The notes under the pieces are model-generated. The model was given only the letters and a program-made list of their open reading frames with translations, was not told where the DNA came from and did no database searches. This document shows positions 49,890 to 64,000 of a stretch of DNA of 64,000 nt, piece after piece. Position 1 is the stretch's first letter. Each line of letters opens with the position of its first letter. The DNA comes from Escherichia coli (lineage in GTDB: Bacteria > Pseudomonadota > Gammaproteobacteria > Enterobacterales > Enterobacteriaceae), in assembly GCF_013122565.1 (NCBI RefSeq), contig NZ_CP053258.1; one strand, written 5' to 3'. The position numbers and the translations under genes were made by a program.

Positions 49890-51712
49890 GCGCAATTTCC
49901 CTGATCAATAGCGGCGTGGCGTGGTTTGTCGCCGCCGCTGTTCTGGCATTTCTCTTTTCTTTTCAAAAAGCGCTAAGTGGCTGGATAGCCGGAATTGGCG
50001 GCGCGGTTGGTAGTCTGTATACGGCAGCCGCGGGCTTCATTGTACTGACTGGCGCGGTTGGCGTGAGCGGTGCGCTGTCGCTGGTAAGCTACGATGTGCA
50101 AATCTCTCCGCTTAACGCGATTTGGCTGATTACGCTCGGTCTGTGCGGTCTGTTTGTCAGCCTCTACAACATTGACTGGCATCGCCACGCGCAGGTGAAG
50201 TGCAACGGCTTGCAGATCAATATGTTGATGGCTGCCGCCGTCTGCGCAGTCATCGCCAGCAACCTCGGCATGTTCGTGGTAATGGCCGAAGTCATGGCCT
50301 TGTGCGCGGTGTTCCTCACCAACAACAGCAAAGAGGGCAAACTGTGGTTTGCGCTGGGGCGTCTTGGCACTCTGCTGCTGGCGATTGCTTGCTGGCTGCT
50401 GTGGCAGCGTTATGGCACGCTGGATCTGCGCCTGCTGGATATGCGTATGCAACAGCTGCCGCTCGGTTCCGATATCTGGCTGCTCGGTGTGATTGGCTTT
50501 GGCCTGCTGGCCGGGATTATTCCGCTGCACGGCTGGGTGCCGCAGGCACATGCTAACGCCTCTGCGCCAGCTGCCGCGTTGTTTTCTACGGTAGTCATGA
50601 AAATTGGCCTGCTGGGCATTTTAACCCTGTCGCTGCTGGGCGGTAATGCACCGCTGTGGTGGGGGATCGCGCTGCTGGTGCTCGGCATGATCACCGCGTT
50701 CGTCGGTGGTCTGTATGCGTTGATGGAACACAACATCCAGCGCCTGCTGGCTTACCACACCCTGGAAAATATCGGCATTATCCTGCTGGGGCTGGGCGCT
50801 GGCGTAACGGGTATCGCGCTCGAACAACCGGCGCTGATTGCTCTTGGCCTGGTCGGTGGTCTGTACCATCTGCTTAACCATAGCCTGTTCAAAAGCGTAC
50901 TTTTCCTCGGGGCGGGGAGCGTCTGGTTCCGTACCGGTCATCGCGATATCGAAAAACTCGGTGGTATTGGCAAGAAAATGCCGGTTATCTCCATCGCCAT
51001 GTTAGTCGGGCTGATGGCAATGGCTGCGCTGCCGCCGCTGAACGGGTTTGCCGGGGAATGGGTTATCTATCAATCCTTCTTCAAGCTGAGCAATAGTGGC
51101 GCGTTTGTTGCCCGTCTGCTGGGGCCGCTGCTCGCAGTGGGGCTGGCAATTACCGGTGCGCTGGCGGTGATGTGTATGGCGAAAGTCTATGGCGTCACGT
51201 TCCTCGGCGCGCCGCGTACCAAAGAAGCCGAAAACGCCACCTGTGCGCCGCTCCTGATGAGCGTAAGCGTAGTGGCACTGGCGATTTGCTGCGTAATTGG
51301 CGGTGTTGCTGCGCCGTGGCTGCTGCCGATGCTCTCTGCTGCTGTACCTCTGCCGCTGGAGCCTGCTAACACCACCGTTTCTCAACCAATGATCACGTTG
51401 CTGCTGATTGCCTGCCCGCTGCTGCCATTCATCATTATGGCGATTTGCAAAGGCGATCGTTTGCCGTCGCGTTCCCGCGGCGCGGCCTGGGTGTGCGGCT
51501 ACGACCATGAAAAATCAATGGTAATTACCGCCCACGGTTTTGCCATGCCGGTGAAACAGGCGTTTGCGCCGGTGCTGAAACTGCGCAAATGGCTGAATCC
51601 GGTGTCGCTGGTGCCGGGCTGGCAGTGCGAGGGGAGTGCGTTGCTGTTCCGCCGGATGGCGCTGGTTGAACTGGCGGTACTGGTGGTGATTATTGTTTCA
51701 CGAGGAGCCTGA
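49886..51712 (+). CDS. hycC: Formate hydrogenlyase subunit 3 (membrane antiporter-like)
   Basis: 608 aa polytopic membrane protein of the NuoL/M/N family. Confidence 0.95.
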   Translation: MSAISLINSGVAWFVAAAVLAFLFSFQKALSGWIAGIGGAVGSLYTAAAGFIVLTGAVGVSGALSLVSYDVQISPLNAIWLITLGLCGLFVSLYNIDWHRHAQVKCNGLQINMLMAAAVCAVIASNLGMFVVMAEVMALCAVFLTNNSKEGKLWFALGRLGTLLLAIACWLLWQRYGTLDLRLLDMRMQQLPLGSDIWLLGVIGFGLLAGIIPLHGWVPQAHANASAPAAALFSTVVMKIGLLGILTLSLLGGNAPLWWGIALLVLGMITAFVGGLYALMEHNIQRLLAYHTLENIGIILLGLGAGVTGIALEQPALIALGLVGGLYHLLNHSLFKSVLFLGAGSVWFRTGHRDIEKLGGIGKKMPVISIAMLVGLMAMAALPPLNGFAGEWVIYQSFFKLSNSGAFVARLLGPLLAVGLAITGALAVMCMAKVYGVTFLGAPRTKEAENATCAPLLMSVSVVALAICCVIGGVAAPWLLPMLSAAVPLPLEPANTTVSQPMITLLLIACPLLPFIIMAICKGDRLPSRSRGAAWVCGYDHEKSMVITAHGFAMPVKQAFAPVLKLRKWLNPVSLVPGWQCEGSALLFRRMALVELAVLVVIIVSRGA

Positions 51713-51714
51713 GA

Positions 51715-52638
51715 ATGAGTGTTTTATATCCGTTAATTCAGGCGCTGGTGTTATTTGCCGTTGCGCCGCTGCTCTCCGGTATAACCCGCGTGGCGCGCGC
51801 CCGCTTGCATAACCGTCGCGGGCCGGGCGTGTTGCAGGAGTATCGCGACATTATCAAACTGCTGGGGCGTCAGAGCGTTGGCCCGGATGCCTCCGGCTGG
51901 GTTTTCCGCCTGACGCCGTATGTGATGGTGGGCGTCATGCTGACTATCGCTACTGCGCTGCCGGTGGTGACCGTTGGTTCTCCGCTGCCGCAGCTGGGTG
52001 ATTTGATCACCTTACTGTATCTCTTTGCCATCGCGCGTTTCTTCTTTGCCATTTCCGGTCTGGATACCGGTAGCCCGTTTACCGCTATCGGCGCGAGCCG
52101 TGAAGCGATGCTTGGCGTGCTGGTCGAACCGATGTTGCTGCTTGGTCTGTGGGTCGCCGCACAGGTTGCCGGTTCCACCAACATCAGCAACATCACCGAC
52201 ACCGTTTATCACTGGCCGCTGAGCCAGAGCATCCCGCTGGTGCTGGCGCTTTGTGCCTGTGCGTTCGCCACTTTTATCGAAATGGGCAAACTGCCGTTCG
52301 ACCTGGCGGAAGCCGAGCAGGAGTTGCAGGAAGGTCCGCTCTCTGAGTATAGCGGCAGCGGCTTTGGCGTCATGAAATGGGGTATCAGCCTGAAACAGCT
52401 GGTGGTGCTGCAGATGTTCGTCGGGGTGTTTATTCCGTGGGGACAAATGGAAACTTTCACCGTCGGTGGGCTGCTGCTGGCGCTGGTGATTGCCATCGTC
52501 AAACTGGTGGTCGGCGTCCTGGTTATCGCGCTGTTCGAAAACAGCATGGCCCGTCTGCGTCTTGATATTACTCCGCGCATTACCTGGGCTGGGTTTGGCT
52601 TTGCATTTTTAGCGTTCGTCTCCTTGCTGGCGGCGTGA
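51715..52638 (+). CDS. hycD: Formate hydrogenlyase subunit 4 (NuoH-like membrane subunit)
   Basis: 307 aa membrane protein. Confidence 0.95.
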   Translation: MSVLYPLIQALVLFAVAPLLSGITRVARARLHNRRGPGVLQEYRDIIKLLGRQSVGPDASGWVFRLTPYVMVGVMLTIATALPVVTVGSPLPQLGDLITLLYLFAIARFFFAISGLDTGSPFTAIGASREAMLGVLVEPMLLLGLWVAAQVAGSTNISNITDTVYHWPLSQSIPLVLALCACAFATFIEMGKLPFDLAEAEQELQEGPLSEYSGSGFGVMKWGISLKQLVVLQMFVGVFIPWGQMETFTVGGLLLALVIAIVKLVVGVLVIALFENSMARLRLDITPRITWAGFGFAFLAFVSLLAA

Positions 52639-52655
52639 TTAAAGAGAGTTTGAGC

Positions 52656-54365
52656 ATGTCTGAAGAAAAATTAGGTCAACATTATCTCGCCGCGCTGAAT
52701 GAGGCATTTCCGGGCGTCGTGCTGGACCACGCCTGGCAGACCAAAGATCAGCTGACCGTGACCGTAAAGGTGAACTATCTGCCGGAAGTGGTGGAGTTTC
52801 TCTACTACAAGCAGGGTGGCTGGCTGTCGGTGCTGTTTGGTAACGACGAACGCAAACTGAATGGTCATTACGCCGTTTATTACGTGCTGTCGATGGAGAA
52901 GGGCACCAAGTGTTGGGTAACGGTTCGCGTCGAAGTTGACGCCAACAAACCGGAATATCCTTCCGTGACGCCGCGCGTTCCGGCGGCGGTGTGGGGCGAG
53001 CGTGAAGTGCGCGATATGTACGGTTTGATTCCGGTTGGTCTACCGGATGAACGTCGTCTGGTGCTGCCGGATGACTGGCCGGATGAACTTTATCCGCTGC
53101 GCAAAGACAGCATGGATTATCGTCAGCGTCCGGCACCGACCACCGATGCTGAAACCTACGAGTTCATCAACGAACTGGGCGACAAGAAAAACAACGTCGT
53201 GCCGATTGGTCCGCTGCATGTCACTTCTGACGAACCGGGCCACTTCCGTCTGTTCGTCGATGGCGAAAACATTATCGACGCCGACTACCGCCTGTTCTAT
53301 GTCCATCGCGGCATGGAAAAACTGGCGGAAACCCGCATGGGTTATAACGAAGTGACCTTCCTCTCTGACCGTGTGTGCGGGATCTGCGGCTTTGCTCACA
53401 GCACCGCCTACACCACGTCGGTGGAAAACGCGATGGGTATTCAGGTGCCGGAACGTGCGCAGATGATCCGCGCCATTCTGCTGGAGGTGGAACGCCTGCA
53501 CTCGCATCTGCTCAACCTCGGCCTCGCCTGCCACTTTACCGGCTTTGACTCCGGCTTTATGCAGTTCTTCCGCGTGCGTGAAACCTCCATGAAAATGGCG
53601 GAGATCCTTACCGGTGCGCGTAAAACCTACGGCCTGAACCTGATCGGCGGGATTCGTCGCGATCTGCTGAAAGATGACATGATCCAGACCCGCCAGCTGG
53701 CGCAACAGATGCGTCGTGAAGTGCAGGAGCTGGTGGATGTGCTGCTGAGTACGCCGAACATGGAACAGCGCACTGTCGGCATTGGTCGTCTGGACCCGGA
53801 AATCGCTCGCGACTTCAGTAACGTTGGCCCGATGGTCCGCGCCAGCGGTCACGCCCGCGATACCCGCGCCGATCACCCATTTGTCGGCTATGGCCTGCTG
53901 CCAATGGAAGTCCACAGCGAGCAGGGCTGCGACGTTATTTCCCGTCTGAAAGTGCGTATCAACGAAGTCTATACCGCGCTGAACATGATCGACTACGGTC
54001 TGGACAACCTGCCGGGTGGCCCACTGATGGTGGAAGGCTTTACCTACATTCCGCACCGCTTTGCGCTGGGCTTTGCCGAAGCGCCGCGCGGTGATGATAT
54101 CCACTGGAGCATGACCGGCGACAACCAGAAGCTGTACCGCTGGCGCTGCCGTGCCGCGACCTACGCGAACTGGCCGACCCTGCGCTACATGCTGCGCGGC
54201 AATACCGTTTCCGATGCGCCGCTGATTATCGGTAGCCTGGACCCTTGCTACTCCTGTACCGACCGCATGACCGTGGTCGATGTGCGTAAGAAGAAGAGCA
54301 AAGTGGTGCCGTACAAAGAACTCGAGCGTTACAGCATTGAGCGTAAAAACTCGCCGCTGAAATAA
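52656..54365 (+). CDS. hycE: Hydrogenase 3 large subunit ([NiFe] catalytic subunit)
   Basis: ORF track 52635..54365; start at MSEEKLGQHYL; N-terminal RxCGxC and C-terminal DPCxxC nickel ligands. Confidence 0.95.
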   Translation: MSEEKLGQHYLAALNEAFPGVVLDHAWQTKDQLTVTVKVNYLPEVVEFLYYKQGGWLSVLFGNDERKLNGHYAVYYVLSMEKGTKCWVTVRVEVDANKPEYPSVTPRVPAAVWGEREVRDMYGLIPVGLPDERRLVLPDDWPDELYPLRKDSMDYRQRPAPTTDAETYEFINELGDKKNNVVPIGPLHVTSDEPGHFRLFVDGENIIDADYRLFYVHRGMEKLAETRMGYNEVTFLSDRVCGICGFAHSTAYTTSVENAMGIQVPERAQMIRAILLEVERLHSHLLNLGLACHFTGFDSGFMQFFRVRETSMKMAEILTGARKTYGLNLIGGIRRDLLKDDMIQTRQLAQQMRREVQELVDVLLSTPNMEQRTVGIGRLDPEIARDFSNVGPMVRASGHARDTRADHPFVGYGLLPMEVHSEQGCDVISRLKVRINEVYTALNMIDYGLDNLPGGPLMVEGFTYIPHRFALGFAEAPRGDDIHWSMTGDNQKLYRWRCRAATYANWPTLRYMLRGNTVSDAPLIIGSLDPCYSCTDRMTVVDVRKKKSKVVPYKELERYSIERKNSPLK

Positions 54366-54374
54366 GGAATCGCC

Positions 54375-54917
54375 ATGTTTACCTTTATCAAAAAAGTCAT
54401 CAAAACCGGCACGGCGACCTCGTCTTATCCGCTGGAGCCGATTGCGGTTGATAAAAACTTCCGTGGTAAGCCAGAGCAGAACCCGCAGCAGTGCATCGGC
54501 TGCGCGGCCTGCGTCAATGCCTGCCCGTCAAACGCCTTAACGGTTGAAACTGACCTCACCACAGGAGAGCTTGCGTGGGAGTTTAATCTCGGGCGTTGCA
54601 TCTTCTGTGGACGCTGCGAAGAAGTTTGCCCGACGGCGGCGATCAAACTGTCGCAAGAGTACGAACTGGCGGTGTGGAAGAAAGAAGACTTCCTGCAACA
54701 GTCCCGCTTCGCGCTGTGTAACTGCCGCGTCTGCAATCGTCCTTTCGCCGTTCAGAAAGAGATCGACTACGCCATTGCGCTGCTTAAGCACAACGGCGAC
54801 AGCCGCGCGGAAAACCACCGCGAAAGCTTTGAGACTTGCCCGGAATGTAAGCGCCAGAAATGCCTGGTGCCGTCCGACCGTATTGAACTGACTCGCCATA
54901 TGAAAGAGGCCATCTGA
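54375..54917 (+). CDS. hycF: Formate hydrogenlyase subunit 6 (Fe-S)
   Basis: 180 aa; ferredoxin-like Cys clusters. Confidence 0.95.
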   Translation: MFTFIKKVIKTGTATSSYPLEPIAVDKNFRGKPEQNPQQCIGCAACVNACPSNALTVETDLTTGELAWEFNLGRCIFCGRCEEVCPTAAIKLSQEYELAVWKKEDFLQQSRFALCNCRVCNRPFAVQKEIDYAIALLKHNGDSRAENHRESFETCPECKRQKCLVPSDRIELTRHMKEAI

Positions 54918-55684
54918 TGAGCAATTTATTAGGCCCCCGTGACGCCAACGGCATTCCGGTCCCGATGACGGTGGATGAATCCATCGCCAGCATGAAGGCG
55001 TCGTTACTGAAAAAAATCAAACGTTCTGCCTATGTTTACCGCGTGGACTGCGGCGGCTGCAACGGCTGCGAAATCGAAATTTTCGCCACTTTGTCGCCGC
55101 TGTTCGATGCAGAACGCTTCGGCATTAAAGTCGTTCCTTCACCGCGTCATGCGGATATTTTACTGTTTACCGGCGCGGTCACCCGTGCAATGCGATCCCC
55201 TGCGCTGCGTGCGTGGCAGTCCGCGCCGGACCCGAAAATCTGTATCTCCTACGGTGCCTGCGGTAACAGCGGCGGGATCTTCCACGATCTCTACTGCGTG
55301 TGGGGCGGTACGGATAAAATTGTCCCTGTGGATGTTTATATCCCTGGCTGCCCGCCAACGCCTGCCGCCACGCTGTACGGCTTTGCAATGGCGCTCGGCC
55401 TGCTGGAGCAGAAAATTCACGCCCGTGGGCCGGGTGAACTGGATGAACAACCGGCGGAGATCCTGCATGGCGATATGGTGCAGCCGCTGCGCGTGAAAGT
55501 GGATCGCGAAGCACGTCGCCTGGCGGGTTATCGTTACGGTCGTCAGATTGCCGATGACTTCCTGACACAGTTAGGGCAGGGCGAAGAACAGGTTGCACGC
55601 TGGCTGGAAGCGGAAAACGATCCGCGTCTGAACGAGATTGTCAGCCATCTGAATCATGTTGTTGAAGAGGCGCGTATCCGATGA
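54917..55684 (+). CDS. hycG: Hydrogenase 3 small subunit
   Basis: 255 aa; NuoB-like Cys motifs (CGGCNGC, GCPP). Confidence 0.95.
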   Translation: MSNLLGPRDANGIPVPMTVDESIASMKASLLKKIKRSAYVYRVDCGGCNGCEIEIFATLSPLFDAERFGIKVVPSPRHADILLFTGAVTRAMRSPALRAWQSAPDPKICISYGACGNSGGIFHDLYCVWGGTDKIVPVDVYIPGCPPTPAATLYGFAMALGLLEQKIHARGPGELDEQPAEILHGDMVQPLRVKVDREARRLAGYRYGRQIADDFLTQLGQGEEQVARWLEAENDPRLNEIVSHLNHVVEEARIR

Positions 55685-56091
55685 GTGAAAAGGTGGTGTT
55701 CAGTCAACTGAGCCGTAAATTTATTGATGAGAACGATGCCACGCCCGCCGAGGCGCAGCAGGTGGTCTATTACAGCCTGGCGATTGGTCACCACCTTGGG
55801 GTTATCGATTGCCTGGAAGCGGCGCTCACCTGCCCATGGGATGACTATCTGGCATGGATTGCCACTCTGGAGGCGGGCAGCGAAGCCCGCCGCAAAATGG
55901 AAGGCGTACCGAAATATGGCGAGATCGTCATCGACATTAACCATGTGCCGATGCTGGCCAACGCATTCGATAAAGCCCGGGCAGCGCAAACTTCGCAGCA
56001 GCAGGAATGGAGTACAATGCTGTTAAGTATGCTGCATGATATTCATCAGGAAAACGCCATCTATTTGATGGTGAGGAGACTGCGTGACTGA
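55681..56091 (+). CDS. hycH: Formate hydrogenlyase maturation protein HycH
   Basis: 136 aa; operon position. Confidence 0.92.
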   Translation: MSEKVVFSQLSRKFIDENDATPAEAQQVVYYSLAIGHHLGVIDCLEAALTCPWDDYLAWIATLEAGSEARRKMEGVPKYGEIVIDINHVPMLANAFDKARAAQTSQQQEWSTMLLSMLHDIHQENAIYLMVRRLRD

Positions 56092-56554
56092 CGTTTTACT
56101 CTGTGTTGGCAATAGCATGATGGGCGATGATGGCGCTGGCCCGCTGCTGGCGGAAAAGTGCGCCGCCGCGCCGAAAGGTAACTGGGTGGTGATTGACGGC
56201 GGTAGTGCACCGGAAAACGACATCGTCGCCATCCGTGAACTGCGCCCGACACGACTGCTGATTGTCGACGCCACGGATATGGGGCTAAACCCCGGCGAGA
56301 TCCGCATCATCGACCCGGATGATATCGCCGAGATGTTTATGATGACTACCCATAACATGCCGTTGAACTACCTTATCGATCAGTTGAAAGAAGATATTGG
56401 CGAAGTGATTTTCCTCGGCATCCAGCCGGATATCGTCGGCTTTTACTACCCGATGACTCAGCCGATTAAAGATGCGGTAGAAACCGTTTATCAACGACTG
56501 GAAGGCTGGGAAGGGAATGGCGGCTTCGCGCAGTTAGCGGTGGAAGAAGAGTAG
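56084..56554 (+). CDS. hycI: Hydrogenase 3 maturation endopeptidase
   Basis: 156 aa; [20 protein letters not shown] protease motif. Confidence 0.94.
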   Translation: MTDVLLCVGNSMMGDDGAGPLLAEKCAAAPKGNWVVIDGGSAPENDIVAIRELRPTRLLIVDATDMGLNPGEIRIIDPDDIAEMFMMTTHNMPLNYLIDQLKEDIGEVIFLGIQPDIVGFYYPMTQPIKDAVETVYQRLEGWEGNGGFAQLAVEEE

Positions 56555-56625
56555 TTTTTCATTAAGGAATCAGGACAGGGATGTTCTTGATGGGGTGAAC
56601 CAGCTCTGATGCCAAATGCTAAATT

Positions 56626-56706
56626 GCCCGATGCGCTGCGCTTATCGGGCCTTCCTGGTTCGTGCGACACGTAGGCCGGATAAGGCGTTCACGCCGCATC
56701 CGGCAC
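56626..56706. repeat. Tandem REP elements between hycI and ascB
   Basis: gcccgatgcgctgcgcttatcgggcct followed by gtaggccggataaggcgttcacgccgcatccggca. Confidence 0.65.
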
Positions 56707-56712
56707 TGTTAC

Positions 56713-59603
<2,891 letters not shown>

Positions 59604-59859
59604 CGGATTTTATCCTGTTATCAGTAGGGTAGATGTAGTTGTTATCAGTCGACGTGATGGAAAAATGCCGATGCTGAAACGGAATTAAGAAACCGGTTTC
59701 ACAAAATCATGAATAGTTGTCACTGAATAAGCAAGAGAGTTAATTGTTCATTTTTTATATTTGTGAAACCGGTCACCTGAATATTTTTCCCGCCGATTGC
59801 GCAAGGACAATCGGCAAACGGTGCAGTACACTGCGTTGATTGCGTGTAAAGGGATGAAA

Positions 59860-60873
59860 ATGATGACGACGATGCTGGAAGTGGCGAAGCGCGCCGGGGT
59901 TTCAAAAGCGACCGTTTCCCGCGTGCTTTCAGGTAATGGCTACGTCAGCCAGGAGACTAAAGATCGCGTGTTTCAGGCGGTAGAAGAGAGCGGTTACCGC
60001 CCAAATTTGCTGGCGCGCAATCTGTCGGCGAAGAGTACTCAGACGCTGGGGCTGGTAGTGACCAACACGCTTTACCACGGCATTTATTTTAGTGAATTAC
60101 TGTTTCATGCCGCGCGAATGGCGGAAGAGAAAGGGCGGCAGTTGCTATTGGCAGATGGTAAACACAGCGCCGAAGAAGAGCGCCAGGCGATTCAGTATCT
60201 GCTGGATTTGCGCTGCGACGCCATTATGATTTACCCGCGTTTTTTAAGCGTGGATGAGATCGATGACATCATTGACGCGCACAGTCAGCCGATAATGGTG
60301 CTTAATCGCCGCCTGCGCAAAAACAGCAGCCATAGCGTCTGGTGCGATCATAAACAGACCAGCTTTAATGCCGTGGCAGAGTTGATAAACGCCGGACATC
60401 AGGAGATTGCTTTCCTTACCGGCTCGATGGATTCCCCCACCAGCATTGAACGTCTTGCCGGGTATAAAGACGCGCTGGCGCAGCATGGTATTGCGCTCAA
60501 TGAAAAACTTATCGCTAACGGTAAATGGACGCCCGTCAGCGGGGCCGAAGGGGTAGAAATGTTGCTCGAACGTGGGGCTAAATTTAGCGCGTTAGTTGCC
60601 AGTAACGACGATATGGCGATAGGTGCGATGAAAGCGTTACACGAGCGCGGCGTAGCGGTGCCAGAGCAGGTGTCAGTTATCGGATTCGATGATATCGCAA
60701 TTGCCCCCTACACCGTTCCGGCGCTCTCCAGCGTAAAAATTCCGGTGACTGAGATGATTCAGGAAATTATTGGACGGCTGATTTTTATGCTCGATGGGGG
60801 CGCTTACACACCGCCGAAAACCTTCAGCGGAAAACTGATCCGCCGCGACTCACTCATTGCTCTTTCGCGATAA
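59860..60873 (+). CDS. ascG: LacI-family repressor of the asc operon
   Basis: ORF track 59797..60873; start near MMTTMLEVAKRAGVSKATVSRVLSG (HTH) gives about 337 aa; start codon choice uncertain by a few codons. Confidence 0.88.
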   Translation: MMTTMLEVAKRAGVSKATVSRVLSGNGYVSQETKDRVFQAVEESGYRPNLLARNLSAKSTQTLGLVVTNTLYHGIYFSELLFHAARMAEEKGRQLLLADGKHSAEEERQAIQYLLDLRCDAIMIYPRFLSVDEIDDIIDAHSQPIMVLNRRLRKNSSHSVWCDHKQTSFNAVAELINAGHQEIAFLTGSMDSPTSIERLAGYKDALAQHGIALNEKLIANGKWTPVSGAEGVEMLLERGAKFSALVASNDDMAIGAMKALHERGVAVPEQVSVIGFDDIAIAPYTVPALSSVKIPVTEMIQEIIGRLIFMLDGGAYTPPKTFSGKLIRRDSLIALSR

Positions 60874-60887
60874 ACATTGTCATCACA

Positions 60888-60921
60888 TGTCATCGTCACT
60901 AGTGTCGATGACATCTTTTTT
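60888..60921 (+). terminator. ascG rho-independent terminator
   Basis: tgtcatcg-tcactagtg-tcgatgaca hairpin followed by tcttttttcc, 15 bp after the ascG stop. Confidence 0.7.
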
Positions 60922-61021
60922 CCTGCATTACAGAAATTAATTTCCTTAAATAACAGTGAATTAAAAACTGGCATGATTTGTGAATGTATCGGCGCATTAA
61001 CTGTCATTGCTGGAGAATTTG

Positions 61022-61549
61022 ATGAACCGTTTCATCATTGCTGACGCGAGTAAATGTATTGGTTGCCGTACCTGTGAAGTAGCGTGCGTGGTTTCTCATC
61101 AGGAAAATCAGGATTGTGCATCGCTGACCCCGGAAACTTTTTTACCGCGTATCCATGTCATTAAAGGTGTGAACATTTCCACGGCGACAGTTTGCCGTCA
61201 GTGTGAAGATGCACCGTGCGCTAACGTCTGCCCGAATGGTGCTATCAGCCGTGATAAAGGGTTTGTTCATGTGATGCAGGAACGTTGCATTGGTTGCAAA
61301 ACCTGCGTTGTGGCTTGCCCGTATGGCGCGATGGAAGTGGTGGTGCGTCCGGTGATTCGCAACAGCGGCGCGGGTCTGAATGTACGGGCTGACAAAGCCG
61401 AAGCCAATAAATGCGACCTGTGCAACCATCGTGAAGACGGCCCGGCGTGTATGGCGGCTTGCCCGACTCATGCGCTGATTTGTGTCGATCGTAATAAACT
61501 TGAACAACTGAGCGCAGAAAAACGCCGCCGTACGGCGCTGATGTTCTAA
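61022..61549 (+). CDS. hydN: Electron transport protein HydN (4Fe-4S ferredoxin)
   Basis: ORF track 61007..61549; start at [18 protein letters not shown] gives 175 aa; HycB paralog. Confidence 0.93.
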   Translation: MNRFIIADASKCIGCRTCEVACVVSHQENQDCASLTPETFLPRIHVIKGVNISTATVCRQCEDAPCANVCPNGAISRDKGFVHVMQERCIGCKTCVVACPYGAMEVVVRPVIRNSGAGLNVRADKAEANKCDLCNHREDGPACMAACPTHALICVDRNKLEQLSAEKRRRTALMF

Positions 61550-61701
61550 AAATCTTACAGAACTGTTCTGGCATCAAAGGAATTCCCGGAAATATTCGTA
61601 GAATACGGAGCGGGCGGTATCGCCGACCTGAGACTGCCGGATACGACGCTGTCGTGTCCGGCTGGGCGGGTTACGCAATTCATGATGGCGGGAATAACTC
61701 A

Positions 61702-63954
61702 ATGGCAAAAAACACATCTTGCGGTGTCCAACTGCGTATTCGTGGCAAAGTGCAGGGCGTCGGTTTTCGTCCGTTTGTCTGGCAGCTGGCACAGCAATTA
61801 AATCTTCACGGCGATGTCTGTAATGACGGCGATGGCGTAGAAGTCCGGCTGCTGGAAGACCCGGAAACGTTTCTTGTTCAATTGCATCAGCACTGCCCGC
61901 CGCTGGCGCGTATTGATAGCGTCGAGCGTGAGCCGTTTATCTGGTCACAACTGCCCACCGAGTTCACTATACGCCAGAGCACAGGCGGCACCATGAATAC
62001 GCAAATTGTTCCCGATGCCGCTACTTGTCCTGCCTGTCTTGCCGAAATGAATACCCCAGGCGAGCGGCGTTATCGTTATCCGTTTATCAACTGTACTCAC
62101 TGTGGCCCGCGTTTCACCATTATTCGCGCCATGCCTTACGACCGCCCGTTTACCGTAATGGCGGCGTTTCCGCTGTGTCCAGCCTGTGATAAAGAGTACC
62201 GCGACCCGCTCGATCGTCGCTTCCACGCCCAGCCGGTGGCCTGCCCGGAGTGTGGCCCGCATCTTGAATGGGTAAGTCATGGTGAATATGCGGAACAAGA
62301 GGCGGCATTACAGGCAGCTATCGCACAGTTAAAAATGGGCAACATTGTCGCCATCAAAGGGATTGGCGGATTTCATCTTGCCTGCGATGCTCGTAACAGT
62401 AACGCGGTGGCGACACTTCGGGCGCGCAAACATCGCCCGGCGAAACCGCTGGCGGTCATGTTGCCAGTGGCTGACGGTTTACCAGACGCTGTGCGCCAGT
62501 TGCTTACCACCCCCGCCGCGCCGATTGTGCTGGTGGATAAAAAATACGTACCTGAGCTTTGTGATGATATCGCCCCTGGCCTTAACGAAGTCGGGGTGAT
62601 GTTGCCTGCGAACCCGCTCCAGCATTTGCTGTTACAGGAACTGCAATGCCCGCTGGTGATGACCTCCGGCAACCTGAGCGGTAAACCTCCGGCTATCAGC
62701 AACGAACAGGCGCTGGCGGATTTGCAGGGCATTGCCGACGGATTCTTGATACATAACCGCGACATCGTGCAGCGGATGGATGATTCGGTGGTGCGCGAAA
62801 GCGGCGAAATGCTGCGCCGTTCGCGGGGGTATGTACCGGATGCGCTGGCTTTGCCTCCGGGCTTTAAAAATGTTCCGCCTGTGCTGTGTCTCGGCGCAGA
62901 TCTGAAAAATACCTTCTGCCTGGTGCGCGGTGAACAAGCGGTGCTGAGTCAGCATCTGGGCGATTTAAGTGACGATGGCATCCAGATGCAGTGGCGCGAA
63001 GCGTTACGCCTGATGCAAAACATCTACGATTTCACCCCGCAATACGTTGTGCATGACGTGCATCCGGGCTATGTCTCCAGCCAGTGGGCGCGCGAAATGA
63101 ATCTGCCGACGCAAACGGTGCTGCATCATCATGCCCACGCAGCGGCGTGTCTGGCAGAACATCACTGGCCGCTGGATGGCGGTGATGTCATTGCTTTGAC
63201 GCTCGACGGTATCGGTATGGGGGAGAATGGCGCTTTGTGGGGCGGCGAGTGCCTGCGGGTGAACTATCGCGAATGTGAGCACCTGGGCGGCTTGCCTGCA
63301 GTGGCGCTTCCGGGTGGCGATTTGGCGGCGAAGCAGCCGTGGCGAAACCTGCTGGCGCAGTGCCTGCGCTTTGTGCCGGAGTGGCAGAATTACCCTGAAA
63401 CGGCAAGTGTGCAACAGCAAAACTGGAGCGTGCTGGCGCGGGCCATTGAGCGTGGAATTAACGCGCCGCTGGCATCATCGTGTGGGCGGTTGTTCGATGC
63501 AGTGGCGGCGGCACTGGGCTGTGCGCCAGCCACGTTAAGTTATGAAGGTGAAGCGGCTTGTGCTCTGGAGGCGCTCGCAGCCTCATGCGACGGAGTGACG
63601 CATCCGGTGACGATGCCGCTGGTGGACAATCAACTGGATCTCGCCACTTTCTGGCAGCAGTGGCTGAACTGGCAGGCACCGGTTAATCAACGCGCGTGGG
63701 CGTTTCATGATGCGCTGGCGCAGGGTTTTGCCGCGTTGATGCGTGAGCAGGCCACGATGCACGGTATCACTACGCTGGTATTTAGCGGCGGGGTTATTCA
63801 TAACCGTTTGCTGCGTGCACGTCTGGCGCATTATCTCGCTGATTTCACATTGCTCTTCCCGCAGAGTTTACCGGCGGGTGATGGCGGTTTGTCTCTGGGG
63901 CAGGGGGTTATTGCTGCGGCGCGTTGGTTAGCGGGTGAAGTCCAGAACGGATAA
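61702..63954 (+). CDS. hypF: Carbamoyltransferase HypF ([NiFe] hydrogenase maturation)
   Basis: ORF track 61654..63954; start at [15 protein letters not shown] (acylphosphatase domain), then two Zn-finger CxxC pairs, YrdC and Kae1-like domains; about 750 aa. Confidence 0.94.
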   Translation: MAKNTSCGVQLRIRGKVQGVGFRPFVWQLAQQLNLHGDVCNDGDGVEVRLLEDPETFLVQLHQHCPPLARIDSVEREPFIWSQLPTEFTIRQSTGGTMNTQIVPDAATCPACLAEMNTPGERRYRYPFINCTHCGPRFTIIRAMPYDRPFTVMAAFPLCPACDKEYRDPLDRRFHAQPVACPECGPHLEWVSHGEYAEQEAALQAAIAQLKMGNIVAIKGIGGFHLACDARNSNAVATLRARKHRPAKPLAVMLPVADGLPDAVRQLLTTPAAPIVLVDKKYVPELCDDIAPGLNEVGVMLPANPLQHLLLQELQCPLVMTSGNLSGKPPAISNEQALADLQGIADGFLIHNRDIVQRMDDSVVRESGEMLRRSRGYVPDALALPPGFKNVPPVLCLGADLKNTFCLVRGEQAVLSQHLGDLSDDGIQMQWREALRLMQNIYDFTPQYVVHDVHPGYVSSQWAREMNLPTQTVLHHHAHAAACLAEHHWPLDGGDVIALTLDGIGMGENGALWGGECLRVNYRECEHLGGLPAVALPGGDLAAKQPWRNLLAQCLRFVPEWQNYPETASVQQQNWSVLARAIERGINAPLASSCGRLFDAVAAALGCAPATLSYEGEAACALEALAASCDGVTHPVTMPLVDNQLDLATFWQQWLNWQAPVNQRAWAFHDALAQGFAALMREQATMHGITTLVFSGGVIHNRLLRARLAHYLADFTLLFPQSLPAGDGGLSLGQGVIAAARWLAGEVQNG

Positions 63955-63978
63955 AGCGTGTTGCATTTGGACACCCTT

Positions 63979-64000
63979 GCCGGATGCGGCGTAAATGCCT
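63979..64000. repeat. REP element (partial, at window edge)
   Basis: gccggatgcggcgtaaatgcct matches the REP consensus start. Confidence 0.5.

Noticed and set aside
53040-54104. 354-aa ORF antisense to hycE, and similar long antisense ORFs inside barA, UbiD-like (37388..38113), mutS, hycC and hypF
   Set aside because: Each is fully nested in a well-supported sense gene with a recognisable product; GC-rich antisense frames often stay open by chance.
60880-60920. Palindrome tgtcatcg...cgatgaca upstream of hydN as a possible FhlA activating site
   Set aside because: It is followed directly by a T-run and lies 15 bp after the ascG stop, so it is better explained as the ascG rho-independent terminator.

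Overview
This window reads as Escherichia coli chromosome: the translated proteins match well-known E. coli proteins (Eno, PyrG, RelA, MutS, RpoS, CysJIH/DNC, Hyp/Hyc). Gene order is gudX'-gudD-barA-rlmD-relA-mazG-pyrG-eno-ygcG-queE-queD-cysJIH-(cas3 remnant/CRISPR)-iap-cysDNC-ygbE-ftsB-ispDF-truD-surE-pcm-nlpD-rpoS-(variable segment)-pphB-mutS-ygbA-fhlA-hypEDCBA-hycABCDEFGHI-ascBFG-hydN-hypF. Most of it is ordinary core genome and I found no large unexplained block or clearly novel multi-gene system. The interesting content is in five strain-variable spots that differ from the K-12 layout as I remember it: (1) no mazEF between relA and mazG; (2) a 3-spacer type I-E CRISPR mini-array with intact leader between queE and queD, followed by an unassigned small ORF; (3) an intact hok-family type I toxin with a mok-like leader ORF between cysH and cas3; (4) a cas3 gene truncated before helicase motif II and fused directly to a 37-repeat orphan CRISPR array, with no Cascade, cas1, cas2 or leader; (5) a MarR-regulator plus UbiX/UbiD/zinc-ribbon decarboxylase module between rpoS and pphB-mutS. 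All identifications rest on reading the supplied translations and the nucleotide sequence; no database search was run.
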